Shown: one piece after another, positions 1-13,374 of the stretch
How the letters are laid out: each line of letters opens with the position of its first letter
Numbering within the stretch: position 1 is the first letter of the stretch
Origin: Octopus bimaculoides
Taxonomy: Eukaryota
Length of the DNA: 64,000 nucleotides
Reading direction: 5' to 3'
Assembly (NCBI RefSeq): GCF_001194135.2
Contig: NC_068985.1
Span: 2,362,624-2,426,623 of the forward strand
Made by a program: the position numbers and the translations under genes
The notes under the pieces: model-generated
Database searches by the model: none
Told to the model about the DNA's origin: nothing
Seen by the model: the letters and a program-made list of their open reading frames with translations, nothing else

Positions 1-1
1 C

Positions 2-445
2 AGCCATGAGATAGAGAATAGGAAGCCGGACATAGTCTTAATTGAGAAAGAAAGCAAACTATGCTGGATCATAGATATAGCATGCTCCGCTGACAACAAG
101 GTATGCGATAAGGAAGAAAGAAAAGTTGAGAGATATGACAGGTTAGCTTGGGAAGTTAAGCAGTTGTGGTCGATGAAAAAGGTAGCAGTAGTACCAATAA
201 TTGTCGGAGCCCTAGGAATAGCGAGCAAATATCTCGAGAAGTGCGTGAAACAAATAGGGACTGCAATAAGGGTGGAGCACTTGCAGAAAACAGCACTGCT
301 TGGAACCGCTCGAATACTCCAGAAGGTGCTCAACAAATAAGGGATGTTACCTTAGTTCAGTGGTAGTGAACAGCTGACACCGTAGTACATCTCCACCGTT
401 AGAAGCTGTGCAAAGGCAATAATGATGATGATGATGATGATGATT
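2..445 (+). mobile_element. 3' end of a non-LTR retrotransposon with restriction-like endonuclease (R4/Dong/CRE-type LINE), plus 3' UTR and (AAT/GAT)n tail
   Basis: Frame 2 reads ENRKPDIVLIEKESKLCWIIDIAC...KVERYDRLAWEVKQLWSMKKVAVVPIIVGALG...LQKTALLGTARILQKVLNK* (stop 338-340), i.e. the PD...D...K RLE motif. A triplet tail follows at 418-445. Confidence 0.88.
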
Positions 446-946
446 AGAATTTGATAAATTAGGTTAGTTTTGTTTCGAGTGAAGATGAAGTATATCTAAA
501 ACTTCTTTACTCCCCTAAATACTCATAGATTTGCAGCAATTCTCAGGTCGGAATATTCCACTTGAAGAATAAATACTTGGATGTAGACTGCCGATCAAAA
601 CAGCTTTTCTTTTTTAATCCAAAGTCTTTTTTAAAGTTAATTTCATGAGATAATAAAATACTTTGCGAGGAGCGCAGTTGTTGTAACTTACTTTTGCTTA
701 TTGTTGTGAAGTTTTTAGCAGAACGATATCTTCCATTTTGTATTAGTATTGTAACTGTTGGTCTTTTGCAAAATAAAAATGATTGAGGCATGTTAGACTT
801 CCTGGTTAAGCCTGACCCTTTCCTGGCTGACCATTTAAATACTCGAGCAAACAAATCTAGGTGGTGTCAATAGAACCCATCTAAAGCAACATGTCAGGAA
901 TTCGTCGATCTCACTGGATCCCGTATATTGGATCAGCTTACCTGTG

Positions 947-1960
947 AAGGCAAAGTACACGCGTTATTCGGCTTTATTAGACTTTACTCTAGATATATCC
1001 AATGCAGAACAACTGACTGTGACAGAGCGATGGCGTGGGTTGCGTGGACGGTTGAAAGATTTGTGAAGTTTTGGGGTGTAAAACGTCGTAGTGCCAAACT
1101 GTTGGTTCAAACGTTTACTTGACTTTTTAACCAGAAAATAACATTGATTTGAATGATTGATCTGGTGAATGAGCAGCGTGTATTGGGATCAAGAATTAAA
1201 GTGCTGAGTGAATGTGGAAATTACGCTCCATGTTTTTCCATTCACTGAATGTTGTCAATGAGCGTAAAGTTTCTTTGAATTTCTGCACAATTTCTTTTGC
1301 TTCTATTTACTTATGGTATTTCTTTTGTGTGATGTTTATTTGTCCATCTGGTCATATTCATTTGTCCATCTGGTCATATTCATTTTCCCATTCTGAAATG
1401 AATGCTATAATCCAGGTGATTAGTAGGAGCAGCAAAAATTCTTTCGCACAGCTTTTCTGTTGGAAAATATGTCTGGGAAAATGTTTCAAATAACACGGAT
1501 CAGATGAGAGAATGTTGACAACAGGCTTGTGCTTGATTTTCAACAATGGATTTAGAAATAGAAATAATGGTCAAATCAGAGTGTTTTCAAGTGACCAGTG
1601 TTTTCTAGCAATGTTCNNNNNNNNNNNNNNNNNNNNNNNNNNNNNNNNNNNNNNNNNNNNNNNNNNNNNNNNNNNNNNNNNNNNNNNNNNNNNNNNNNNN
1701 NNNNNNNNNNNNNNNNNNNNNNNNNNNNNNNNNNNNNNNNNNNNNNNNNNNNNNNNNNNNNNNNNNNNNNNNNNNNNNNNNNGAAAGCATATAAAGAGAA
1801 GAGGTTTATGTTGAAGTACCTTTATCAACTTCAGTTGTTTAAATCCGAAGAATGAGGTCATTAAAACCTTGTCAAATCATTCCAATAACATCCAGGAGAA
1901 AGTTTCAGTGAAGAATTTACGTAGTTTATAGAACTGCTTAAATTTTGTGTTGTTTCTGTT
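947..1960 (+). pseudogene. Heavily decayed hAT-family transposase remnant, interrupted by an N-gap
   Basis: KAKYTRYSALLDFTLDISNAEQLTV (from 947) matches the first catalytic-Asp block (YxSIxLDxTxDISxxEQL). HSLNVV near 1240 matches HxLNLV, and HPGESFSEEF occurs near 1890. Many stops and frameshifts. Confidence 0.55.
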
Positions 1961-2851
1961 ATTGGTGCCAAAAATGAGACTGTGAAGAATTACAGTTTTA
2001 CTGACATTTCTTTGGAGATTATAAAACATCCTCTGCATCTTTGTCGCTCACCTTCAGAGGGGGAAAAAAAGTGGAGTGGGGGGGTCAAAAGCAGTGGTGG
2101 CTCGTAGATAAAATTCGTAGGGGTGTCGCTTCAGAAAACTTTTAGCCGTTGTTTTAATATTATGTAAAAGGAAATAAACATATAAAAAGAATATTTATAC
2201 ATAAACTTGATCAGTTCGTGTTTTATCCACTGCCAGGTAATGTGTTTAATTTGTTCACTGAACATCACCGTGAATTCCCCCTTGTTTTTCAAAAATTCCC
2301 CCAAAATCACAAAGTAAGGGAAGTAAATGAGCACTGTTTTTCAAATCCTGACAGCAACACTGAAGCTGGAATCAGGATAATAATCTAATTCTACACTTTA
2401 TCACAATCAAGAATATAAACACGTTTTTAAGCACAACATATGCAGAGTCAAAAAGAAATACTACTTTCCACCGGAACACCGGGGTTGGTACTGTCGTTCA
2501 TGCAGTGCTCTGTCTCCCTCGCGTGAAGCTTCTTATCTCGAACATGTGAGTATACACACAACAGCCAAACACCGCGTCGCTGGAATTGTGAAGCGCACAG
2601 TTCTATATAAGGATTTCTGTATTGTTTTCGTAAACTAGGGGATGGCCACTGACATTAAGCTTAAGGATTATATAATGTACAAGTATAAAGAAAGAATTAA
2701 AGAAAAGTATACACGAACCGTCACTGGTCAAAAGCTAATAAAGGACCACTGTGGTTCAAAACTTATTGAATAATCTCAATAAAGATTGAACTTAAACTTC
2801 CGCATGAAACAGAAGTTTCCAGTTTGATGAAAGGGTTTGCCAATGATAATT

Positions 2852-3120
2852 CAGCGGTTCTCAACAGGAGCTCATATGACCCTTTAGGGGTGGGGCTGAG
2901 GGTTCATATAAGACTTTGTTGTTAAGATTTATCAGCAATAAATAGATTATACTCCTTCAATACACAAAATACTTTAACAACTTTTTTTTTTATACAATTC
3001 CTAATATTAAATTATAAAAGAATAATGGAATTTGTTGAACATGGAATGGGCATTAGGGTCCAGCAGAGTGACATAAGGACCAAAAAGCCTCCATGGGCAA
3101 AAAATGGTTGAGAACCTCTA
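2852..3120. mobile_element. Degenerate hAT/Charlie-like MITE
   Basis: Left end CAGCGGTTCTCAAC (2852-2865) and right end GTTGAGAACCTCTA (3107-3120) are imperfect TIRs. No clean 8-bp TSD. Confidence 0.45.
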
Positions 3121-3639
3121 AATTAAATCCCCAAAATGTAACATTTAAATTGTTGTTTAATGTATAACATTTGATGTTATAATATCTATGCGTATCATTT
3201 TATGGGTATTTAATAAATCATTATTAATAAAAAAAGAAATAACATGTATATGTATTTTATTACTTCAGGGTCGGTGCCGCCTTAATCCGGTAATTATAAA
3301 TCCTCACAGTATCACTGATTGATTGCTTCATCACTTTGTAGTTTTTAAGGGGAAGTGGAGGTTGAGCGTGTCTGGACAAGTCATTCTGAACGCATAGTAT
3401 TGAAGTATGGTGACAAATGCTTGAAAATTTCTCTGTAAGACAGGCCTCAGTATTTCGATCCGTTCCTAAACATCATTGTTGTTTAGTCTCAGTTCTATCC
3501 TTTTGCAGCTAACTTATGATCAAATGTGTTCAAGCCATACCTATACTATTTCTGTCTTTCCTTGCTTAAGATTGTAATTTGATAGGGGTTTATCTTCTAT
3601 TTCTCCATGGGAAAACGGAGAAACTCTGCTATTGTTTTG

Positions 3640-3900
3640 GCGATTAGTAACTCTGTTAATCGTCACCATTAGCTTATCACTAATCGTCGCCACTAGCTTA
3701 TCACTAAGCTCGCACATTCAGACTACACCTTTATTCCTTCTGTCATCATTGTTATTATATCACGGCCTCCCACATCCACACTTATCACGTCTCCAAACTC
3801 TTCCTCCTTGGAACCGTAATCTCTGGAATTATGTTCCCACCTGAGTATTTCCTGTAAGCATCAACTGCTCCCTTTTCGAATACTCTAAGAGACTTCGAAG
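3640..3900 (+). mobile_element. Possible degenerate CR1/L2-like LINE 3' fragment
   Basis: LWNYVPT*VFPVSINCSLF resembles the LWNSLPxxVFP C-terminal motif of CR1-group ORF2. Weak. Confidence 0.3.
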
Positions 3901-5465
3901 ATCATAGATTTTAGACATTATCACAAAAGTTAATTGCAACGCTTAAAACTTAAGAGATTCTTGGAATAAGACTGTTTCTTTCTGGATTCTCACGGAACAA
4001 ATAAATAATGGCTTTGACTGTATCAAATTATTTTCCTCATTTCAAAAAATTGAATTTCGATAATTCTCAACAAATTTTAGTTTTATGTACCGAATTTCCA
4101 CACTGTCATTTTCTGCTAATGAAAAACAACTACCATATTCCTAGTAAAGGACCTAAATTTAACCTAAAGACAATGGAGACAACATATAGATCAGTTTGTG
4201 TTGCAAAGTCAAGAAATTACTCAATCATATTATTATCAGATTTAGTTGTATTCAAAACAATGAACGCTGTATGTCAATTACTTTTTCCTAGAAATGTCCA
4301 CACTTTCTTAAGCAATTATGAAAACCTCGGGTAAATCTGGCCACAGAACCGATATTCTCCTTTATAATCCAATAACATAATTTCATAAGTCTTGTTTTAC
4401 ACGAATAGTTTTATAACAAGCAACTGAACATTTTCCGGATGACTTTCAGCAACTTATCTTCCGATGTGCTTTCATGTAGTCCTTATAGAGACTCGTGAAA
4501 TTCCAAGCTATGATAGGTTTCCAATACAGACCAATGTCCTGAGTGGGGAAAAGTATTAGAAAAGTTTCTTTCGGTTTTCTTTGACTTGTCGGTCTGCTTT
4601 TTGTGAGGTATTTTTTATGGCATAATACCCACAGCATCAACTCAAGCATCTCTGCGAACATTTTCCCATACATGATTCTTGATATAGTTTTGGAAGTTAT
4701 TGTAAAATCACTTTGTGATCTGAAATGAATATGTGCAAAAACTGTGCAATGTTAGCGCAGTTGTGCAGAACTTGTGAAATCTGACCAAATGCAAAACCTG
4801 TGAAGAATAACCAAGCCACAGTGAATAGTTGCTTAGCCACACTTTCTGGAATTTATGTGTTTCCTATGCATCGTTTTCAAATAATATTTTGCTTGAAGTG
4901 TGTAATGCTCAACCAGAAGATTGTCTTTAGATTGTCTGTTAGTTTTGTATCTTTTTTTTTTTCTTCAGTGAATTAACATACAATCAGTTGTCCAATACTA
5001 TTGTCACTTGGCTATTGTTGGTGCACTTATTGTGACTAACATTGTTTACTGCTGCACTTGTAGTGATTGCAGCTGTTAGGTCGATGAATGAAATATGTTT
5101 CTTGGGATGAGCGAGGAAGTAACTGAGCAACACCCGCCAACAATTAACAGAAGCTGGCCGTAATAAATAATTATTCATCGCACGTAAAGAGAAACTGTAT
5201 CAATCTTTTACAGATACTAACAGCAATAATTCCATCCTGAGAGAGAAGGGAAAACCATTCCACGTTCGAAGAAGTTACGTTTTGTGAATATTTTGTGAAT
5301 ATTTAGCTGGGTTTGTTCAAGAACCTAGAGATGTCTGCACAAGTATCTGGAACCTTCTGATGTGGCAAGAATAGAGACACATATCAGCTGCCTCAATATT
5401 CTACAATTAATTATCGCCAAAAGCGGTTCTTGTATAGGGCACAAGAAGAACATTGTTCTTTTATG

Positions 5466-6020
5466 TTCTTTTACTTGTTTCAGTCATTTCGACTGCGGCC
5501 ATACTGGAGCACCGCCTTTAGTCGAGCTAATAGACCCCGGGACTTATTCTTTGTAAGCCTAGTACTTATTCTATCGGGCTCTTTTACCGGACCGCTAAGT
5601 TACTGGGACGTAAACACACCAGCATTGGTGGTAAAGCGATGTTGGGGGGGTGGATACACACAAACACACACACACACACACACACGCACACATACACANN
5701 NNNNNNNNNNNNNNNNNNNNNNNNNNNNNNNNNNNNNNNNNNNNNNNNNNNNNNNNNNNNNNNNNNNNNNNNNNNNNNNNNNNNNNNNNNNNNNNNNNNN
5801 NNNNNNNNNNNNNNNNNNNNNNNNNNNNNNNNNNNNNNNNNNNATATATATATATATATATACGAAGGGCTTCTTTCCGTTTCCGTCTACCAAATCCACT
5901 CACAAGGCTTTGGTCGGCCTGAGGCTATAGTAGAAAACACTTGCCCAAGGTACCGTGCAGTGGGACTGAACCCGCAACCATGTGGTTGGTTAGAAAGCTA
6001 CTTACCACACAGCCATTCCT
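5466..6020 (-). mobile_element. tRNA-derived SINE, family A (head, central microsatellite, 3' module); N-gap inside
   Basis: Minus-strand head TGGCTGTGTGG (A box) ... GGGTTCAGTCCC (B box), then a CTTGGGCAAGTG core and a (TA)n/(TG)n tract. The 3' module is shared with copies at 44.1, 47.5, 48.7 and 57.8 kb. Confidence 0.85.
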
Positions 6021-6310
6021 TGAAGATTGAATCATGCGATAACTCAACACTGATTGATTGTTTAATGCTTGAAACGACTGTGGTTCGGTTTCGAATCACT
6101 GCTACACTACCAAAAAGGCAAGAATAGGCACATCGACTGAAATCTCTTGTTGACTCTGAATGTTATTTTGCCTCAAATGGGCAAATGAATTACGAATAAT
6201 GAATTACGAATAATCAGGTGAATGATGTATTCTTACTCTAATAAAAGTTTCTTTGACATATTACACCGAGCTCAGAGGGGACATGCTGCTTGGTATCGGC
6301 CATACTTCTA

Positions 6311-7587
6311 TTAGGTTGTCAAGAAAGTTCTTGTGGTTTTTAACCTTTAAATTCAGATGCACACATCTCGGCTCAGATAAAACTTCATTAGTCGAAATAA
6401 ACACCATCAGAATCAACACACTTTCGCCAACACGAAACAAGTTTATTTATGCCAGTTGCATAAAAATCCTACGTTTTGGTGGCGATGAAGTTGTTGAAGG
6501 CGTGTTTGGCATCGTCTTGGTTTTTGAAGCATTTCTCACGCAGTTGTCGAGATGCTTGAAAAAGTGGTAGTCGGTGGGCGAGAGATCTGATGAGTATGGC
6601 GGATGACGCAGAGTTTCGTAGCCCAATTCGTTCAACTTCTGCAGGGTCAGTTGTATGACGTGCAACCGAGCGTTGTCGTGGAGAAGAATTGGTCCTTTTC
6701 TATTGACCAATGCTGGCTGTTGTCGGAGTTTCTTATGCATTTCATCCATTTGCTGACAGTACTTCTCCGCCGTAATGGTTTCGCCTGGATCCAAAAGGCT
6801 GTGATGGATGAGACCGGCTGCAGACCACCAAACAGTCACCATGACCTTCTTTTGGTGCAACTTTGGCTTCGTGAAGTGCCGCGGAGCTTCGTCGGCGTCC
6901 AACCATTGAGCTGAGCGTCGCTGGTTGTCGTAAAGAATTCACTTTTCATTGCAAGTCACAATCCGGTCGAGAAACGAGTCGTTCTTGTTGCGTAAAAGAA
7001 GGGAAGACGACACTTCAAAACGGTGGGTTTTTTTGTTTTTTTCAATTCGTGCGGCACCCATTTCTCAAGTATTTTTATTTTTCCAATCTCTTTCAAGTGA
7101 TTGGAAATTGTCGTATATGTTACGTCTAATTCAGAAGCAAGCTCTCGAACAGTTGTGCATGGATTGGCTTAGACTAAGGCTCTTAGTTGATCGCTGTCAA
7201 CATCCGATGGCCGACCACTATGCCTATCATCTTCAAGACTTTCGTCACCGTTACGAAATTTCTTGAATCGCCATTGTGCTGTACATTCATTTGTGGTTCC
7301 TGAGTCAAACGCATCGTTGATATCGCGACCTGTTTCTGCAGCTTTTCGGCCTAGCTTGAACTGGAATAAGAAAATTGTGCAAATTTGCTTTTTGTCCATG
7401 TTGTATTCAACGTTCCGGAAAAATGGCCTAATTATTCAAAAAGAAGAAGAGTAGCACGATTAGATAGAGCGAAAAGCGGACTTTAAAATGATATATAAAA
7501 TCAAAGTAGTTTAATGAAAATTAATTTGAAAATACATCATTTAAAACCAAAATTTTAAATTCCGCGAGAACTTTCTTGACAACCTAA
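6311..7587 (-). mobile_element. Full-length mariner DNA transposon (Hsmar1/cecropia-like), transposase inactivated
   Basis: TIRs TTAGGTTGTCAAGAAAGTTCT at both ends; TA duplication at 6309-6310 and 7588-7589. Transposase from 7399 down to ~6400 includes MDKKQICTIFLFQFKLGRKAAET, ILLHDNAR and HPPYSSDLSPTDYHFF. It carries stops, frameshifts and D-to-N at the first catalytic Asp (TCNEK*). Confidence 0.95.
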
Positions 7588-7827
7588 TATAAAGAAAGAT
7601 CTCGATGGGTATTACACCACAAGACTGGTTTCGGTAGCTTCTACAAGTAACTTATGACAACATTCTGACGTCTCTCTGGGGAAGCATTTGTCTTTTATCT
7701 ACTTATTTCGAAGAAAGTGGAATTAGATATCAACGTAATTGATTCCAGTAAATCAGAAAACATTAGTACCTTTAGAAAATTACTATTTGTAAATCTCACA
7801 ACGAGAGATATACAGCAACAATACTTT

Positions 7828-8222
7828 GGAGTAAAGTTTATTTGCCAACTCAACATGGCAGTCCTGGTTTGGGACGAATGTTGCTGTAATTTAGCCCCAG
7901 GAGACATCGTCTCCAGCTGGCTATACGACACGATGTGTGTCCTTATATTTTCGAGCAAGGGAATCTAGCACATCCACTCAGCTCAAAACAATATCTGTGT
8001 ATCGCGATTTCCGAGATATTTCCCTTCATCGGTACAGAATAATCGCGATACACAGATATTGTTTTGAGCTCAGTTGAGGTGCTAAATTCTCTTGTTCGAA
8101 AACATAAGGACACAGATCGTGTCGTATAACCAGCTGGAGACGATGGCTCTTGGGGCTAAATTACAGCAACATTCGTCCTAAATCAGGACTGCCATGTTAT
8201 GTTGGTAAATTACCTTTATTCC
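7828..8222. mobile_element. Fold-back/MITE-like element with ~180 bp inverted arms and a 31 nt spacer
   Basis: 7828-8009 is the reverse complement of 8041-8222 with scattered mismatches. The inner ends GCTCAAAACAATATCTGTGTATCGCGATT / AATCGCGATACACAGATATTGTTTTGAGC are perfect. Confidence 0.85.
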
Positions 8223-9469
8223 ATTAGTACCTTTATTTATTTGCTGAATTAGAAGTTTCAACAACTCAGTTTATTGTAAGTCAATTATCCATTTTGGAAT
8301 TGATACAAATATTGGTGCAGTTGATGTTGAGCGTGCTTAGAACCAAAGCGTTCCTGTCGCAGTGAGTATTACTTGATTTGAGATATTTTCGGCTATTTTC
8401 CCTCGCAGATAAAGTGACCGTGAGTTTGATTCGAGTTGTTATTGCCGTTACTTGTGTAGTTCTAAGTCCTGGAGGCATTGAGAAAACTGTCAGTTTTACT
8501 CATATCTTTGTTCGTCTGTCAATGAAGCCATTTTTCTGAAGTAAGCTGGATAGTTTTGGAACTGTCCAGTGAATCAGTCAAGCAATATTTACATATAATC
8601 AATCACTCAATGTTATAGAAAAAAACAATAAGCCAACAAACAAAAACAACTAAGTATTATCAAATGATTAATGAAATTTTAAACAACGCAGTATCATAAT
8701 TAAATTCTGTACGACCATCTTTTCAGATAATTAGCTTGCTTCAAACAACACCTACATAAAATCTAAGAAGACATTTCATTTTTCTTGTTGATTTATTTCA
8801 ATATTTATAATTACTCCTTCAAAAAATAGTTAATATATTTTGAAATTCTTTCCTTTTTCGTTGACTATTCCCAGAATTATGAATATCTTATTTTAATATT
8901 TTGTCTGTTTGAGGCAATTACTAAACTGAGTTTAGTTGCAATAATATTGAACAACAGAGATCGAAATGTTATCAGGGTGATCAGGTATGTTGTTAGTTAT
9001 ATTCGTTTTTATATAGCCTTATGGGAAGAGATATCACGTGTCGTCCATAGTACAATGGGAATTAGATTATAAGCTTATTTTTAAGTATTAAATGCCTAAT
9101 TGCCTGTGATAAGTCATTGTTAATAAGATAATTTCTTTTCAGGTTGATTCAATATTTACTTCTAAACAAACATTTCAACTGGTTTTATGCCTGACCGACA
9201 TTGTGTTATTTATGCGAATGAAGGTAGTAGATGACTTGGCCGAGTGAATACGTTTTCTTTCTTTTATTATTTTTATTTTCATTTGGAAATAAAAGTCCTC
9301 CGTTCAAATCCAGTCTTTGTATTCAGCCAAAATTGAAACACTATAAAACGATCGAAGATCAAATTTATTGAAGCGTAGTAAAATATTGTTCTTCTCTAAA
9401 ACTGATGAAGTGAAATGTCTAAAAACTAATAGTAGGCAAAAGGCTGGGGAATTATTGTAGCCGAAATCG

Positions 9470-9900
9470 ACAGTGCATCGCCATGTTTTACAATGACTGA
9501 GATTTGCCTCGCAGAAAAAAATTCTCATTTATAATTCTGTCTTACCAGGTGACTTTGAAGATCTTCCATAGACATCGTTGGTCGAAAGTGTCCAGCTTTT
9601 ATGCCATTTGCGTTGACATTTTTCATGTTTCACTGCTTTACGGAACATTTCAAGCTGAACTATTTCTATTATGTCGATAGTGATGTTTGTTGGTGACCAG
9701 ATATAGCGCATACGTTGCGATATGGTTCCTGCTTTGCCAATTCTACTGTTCCTATCATGTTCCGACTTCCTGCACAATTGATCGTATCATCCAGCTATGA
9801 GAAATTGTCCTCAATTTACTGTCCAAAGATAATGGTAGGTTGTGTTACGACATCAATCGGCATCACCAGCTCGGGGCGATCCGGCACACCTCATGCATTT
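9470..9900 (-). mobile_element. Decayed RTE-clade LINE fragment (post-RT region)
   Basis: Across frameshifts: DNFSYL..., RIGKAGTISQRMRYIWS and KLDTFDQRCLWKIFKVTW*DRI, typical of the RTE ORF C-terminal half. Confidence 0.7.
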
Positions 9901-10229
9901 GTCCCTCTCGTTATATTTATGAGAGACAAATCCTTTACTTGATGTCTACCAGACAGTTTAGCTTCTCTTGTAGACATCTTCCTTAATTCCACACGCCACT
10001 TCCATTCTTTCTAGAACTATGTCTCAGCTTTCCTGGCTCTCCTTACTCAACCACTCCAGCTGCACTCACATTCCACCAACACGAAACCTTGCCCCATCCA
10101 CAAGTTTGGTCGGTGGCTCACTACGGGCTGTGTCGTCAGAGACAACCGTTATAAGTCTGTGACTCTACCTCTGTGGCAAACGCACCGCTTCATGATAATG
10201 CTGCAAGTTGATTTATAGATAGATGAATA

Positions 10230-10230
<1 letters not shown>

Positions 10231-10281
<51 letters not shown>

Positions 10282-10300
10282 ACGCGCACGCGCACGCGCA
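10231..10300. repeat. (TG)n microsatellite
   Basis: Direct reading. Confidence 0.95.
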
Positions 10301-10606
10301 CTTAGAAAGTAAATGGCTGAGCGAATATGAAAGAACAATGATAGAACAAAACTAAGGATAAATGAGAACAACAAAGAGGAAAAAGAATACAAAAGAAAAC
10401 AGAAAAGCAAAAAGGGGCCGAAAATACTTTTATCTTTGCATTTCATGCTATATTTTACAATGCAAAGAAAATAAAACAACAAAAACAGAATATTAATTTT
10501 TATCCTTTATTTTTACAAAAAAAAAAGGCAGAAATATTGTAAGATAAAACAAACAAACAACTGGAAAACAAAGATAGAAAAATGTGAAAATATATTCTAT
10601 ACATAA

Positions 10607-10776
10607 AAGGCGGTGGACTGACAGAATCGGTAAAGTGGCAGATAAAATGCCTTGTGGTATTTAATTATGTCCCTTTACGCTGTGAGTCCAAATCCCACCA
10701 GAGTTGACTTTACTTTTCATCCTACCGAAGATCGATAAAAAGCACAAGCCAAGTACTGGCGTCGATTAAATCGATT
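10607..10776 (+). mobile_element. tRNA-derived SINE family B, diverged fragment
   Basis: AGGCGGTGGACTGACAGAATC...GAGTCCAAATCCCACCAGAGTTGACTTTACTTTTCATCC aligns to the family B copies at 14.0, 20.4 and 28.2 kb. Confidence 0.7.
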
Positions 10777-10849
10777 ATGCCCTCCTCCCGACCACCACCA
10801 TTTCACTACATTTCAGGCTTTGTGACGATGCTATATATATTATCATTAC

Positions 10850-10986
10850 ATACACACACACATACATGCATACACACGCACATACATACACACACACATA
10901 TATACATGCATGCATACATAGACACATACACACATGCGGATATATGGATTTGTGTGTGTGTGTATCTATATGTATACCTATGTATG

Positions 10987-11054
<68 letters not shown>

Positions 11055-11250
11055 TATACCTATCTATCTAAAGATAATATATATACATGCATGTAAGTAT
11101 GTATGTATGTATGTATGTATGTACGTACGTATGTATGTATGTACGTATGTATGCATGTATGTATGTATGTATTTATGTTTGTATGTACGCATGTATGCAT
11201 GTATGCATGTATGTATGTATGTATGTATGTATGTATGTACGTATGTATGT
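10850..11250. repeat. Compound (CA)/(TA)/(TATG)n microsatellite
   Basis: Direct reading; source of several spurious ORFs. Confidence 0.95.
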
Positions 11251-11637
11251 ATATAATGGTAGAATCGATAGATCGATGGATTACATTGTAAATGATATTT
11301 AACTACATCTCTATACTTTCTGAATTAGATATTGTTTTCCACCGTTTGACGGTCGATAAAACAGGGACCAGTCAGATCGATATATCGACTCTTGAGAATA
11401 GTGCTCCAGTTAAGTCAGAGTCCAATAATTGAAACCAGTAAAGCACTAAACAAGGACTGTACCAATGGGAACGATCACAGAACGGGTTCTATCCAAGACG
11501 GACATCTCAAAGAACACCTGGCTCTGGCTGACCTGCCTTGAGTGTAATTTGGTGTTCACTCAGTGAGAGAATTTTTTTAAAAAAACCTCTTGTGTTGATG
11601 TAACCTGCTCTTAAAAACGAATTCTCAGTGAAACAAA

Positions 11638-11853
11638 ATAGTCATTCAGATTTCTGTCAAATCCTTATTTATTCAAATTGTTTTGAATTAATAAGGCATT
11701 ATCTTGTAGCTTTGAGATTTTAATGATGTGATTGCTTACTTTTTTAGAATTACATAGTAGAGTAGGTGTGATAGGCCAGATCTGGTCAATTTGAACTTAA
11801 AACAGGGAGAATGTTTTGGCTGAATACGGATGATTTAAGAGCTAACGGATTAA
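11638..11853. mobile_element. Probable piggyBac-type non-autonomous element, degenerate
   Basis: Ends GCTAACGGATTAA, resembling an AGGG|TTAA piggyBac terminus. The body resembles an abundant octopus repeat as I recall it; not verified. Confidence 0.35.
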
Positions 11854-12659
11854 AGGTCAGAAGGAAGTAACAGTTTCAAGAACAGTAATTTATGCTAAAC
11901 CGAAAAGTACCACATAATCAACCATTTTCCACTGATGAGGGACAAAATAGAGAAAAATCAATTGATATTTATTTTCAGAAAAAATAACTGAAATGGTCGC
12001 TTTTTAAGACATTGGAAAATTCACTGGTGACGTCACACGTCATATGACCATCGACCATCCTACCTGTAGATCTCGTATCCAGTGAGGGAGGTCGTTGAAA
12101 AGCGAAACAAAAATAAACCCATAACAACAGTTCCTGACCACTCAAATACATTCACTCCGATGTTGCCTTGATATGGTGAGGATAGATCTGATTATTGGTG
12201 ACGCAGGGCCGAACGCAGAGGGGGACAATACAATGAAGAATCTTTCTTTTCGAAAATGATCAAAAGGGATTGAAAGCGTTTTGGGGCAGGTACAAAAGGA
12301 AATAACGAGGACAGTAATTAGAACTAATTAGCAGAGAGTAAGTGTAAACGTTCTGCTTATTGCTGTCGTATTCTCCATTTCTTACGTTGTCATAACGACG
12401 CCAACTTTGGTTTTTATCCTGTCTGCCATTGCGACCCAGTTTACCAACATAAATTTAGTTTCGGCCAGAAAACGAAATACAAACTAGCTTTCATCGTTGA
12501 ATACTTATAGCTATTCCTTAATTTACTTTACGGTGAAGTCTGACAGCCATTTCTAAGGAAGGGGACATTAGATGTACACTTTCTCCTTTAGGGTTCAAAT
12601 ATTATACAATAAAATCGTTGTATTCCTTCAATATACGTTGAAGTAAATAATGTATACAT

Positions 12660-12759
12660 ATATATACACACATACGACATTTCTACATACATAATACATA
12701 CATACATACATACACACACACACATGCATACATACATACATAGACATACATACATATAT

Positions 12760-12792
<33 letters not shown>

Positions 12793-12905
12793 TACATACA
12801 TATATTCATACATACATACACACACATACATACATACACACACACACACACATACATACATACATACATACATACATACATACATACATACATACATACA
12901 TACGT
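12660..12905. repeat. (TACA)n/(CA)n compound microsatellite
   Basis: Direct reading. Confidence 0.95.
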
Positions 12906-13304
12906 GCTTACGTACGTACACAATGTTGTTTTACTTGTCGGCCTTGTCTCCAACTACTTCCTTCCTTCCTTCCGGTCAATTCAACATATGCAACCGTTAA
13001 TCCAGACACGCTTCTTTCCCTTTATTTGTTCTCTCCTTTTTCATCTGTTTTCTCTCCCCGTTTCTTTCTGTAGAAGAGCGTAGGCCCGAAGCGTCAAAGA
13101 TTCTTCCATTTTTCCCGAGCGTCAAAGTAATACACTTTGCTGCTCCCTTATCTGTCTCTGTCTTTTGTTTTGATTTTTGTTGTTGTTTTTCGTGCAATTT
13201 TGAGCACATACACACTCACACATCCACATAGGCATGTGTGGGTGTGGGGAGAGGTATGTCCAGGTATATATATTATGCATACATGTATGAATGTATATTT
13301 ACAA

Positions 13305-13352
<48 letters not shown>

Positions 13353-13374
13353 TAATTGAAGAGAACAGTAATCT

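Noticed and set aside
1338-1381. 22 bp tandem duplication, and similar short ones at ~6186, ~23297 and ~29992
   Set aside because: Ordinary slippage duplications with only two units.
4380-4700. Possible second hAT (Charlie-like) relic: TNV..LS.GKVLEKF
   Set aside because: A single short motif needing a frameshift; not enough to call.
11920-11960. CTGATGAG...GAAA hammerhead-like words
   Set aside because: The required stems do not form by inspection.
12335-12490. Hydrophobic frame RVSVNVLLIAVVFSISYVVITTP resembling GPCR TM6 (similar impression at 8409)
   Set aside because: No other TM segments or family motifs nearby; it starts at a GTAAGT donor-like site, and T-rich DNA yields such peptides by chance.
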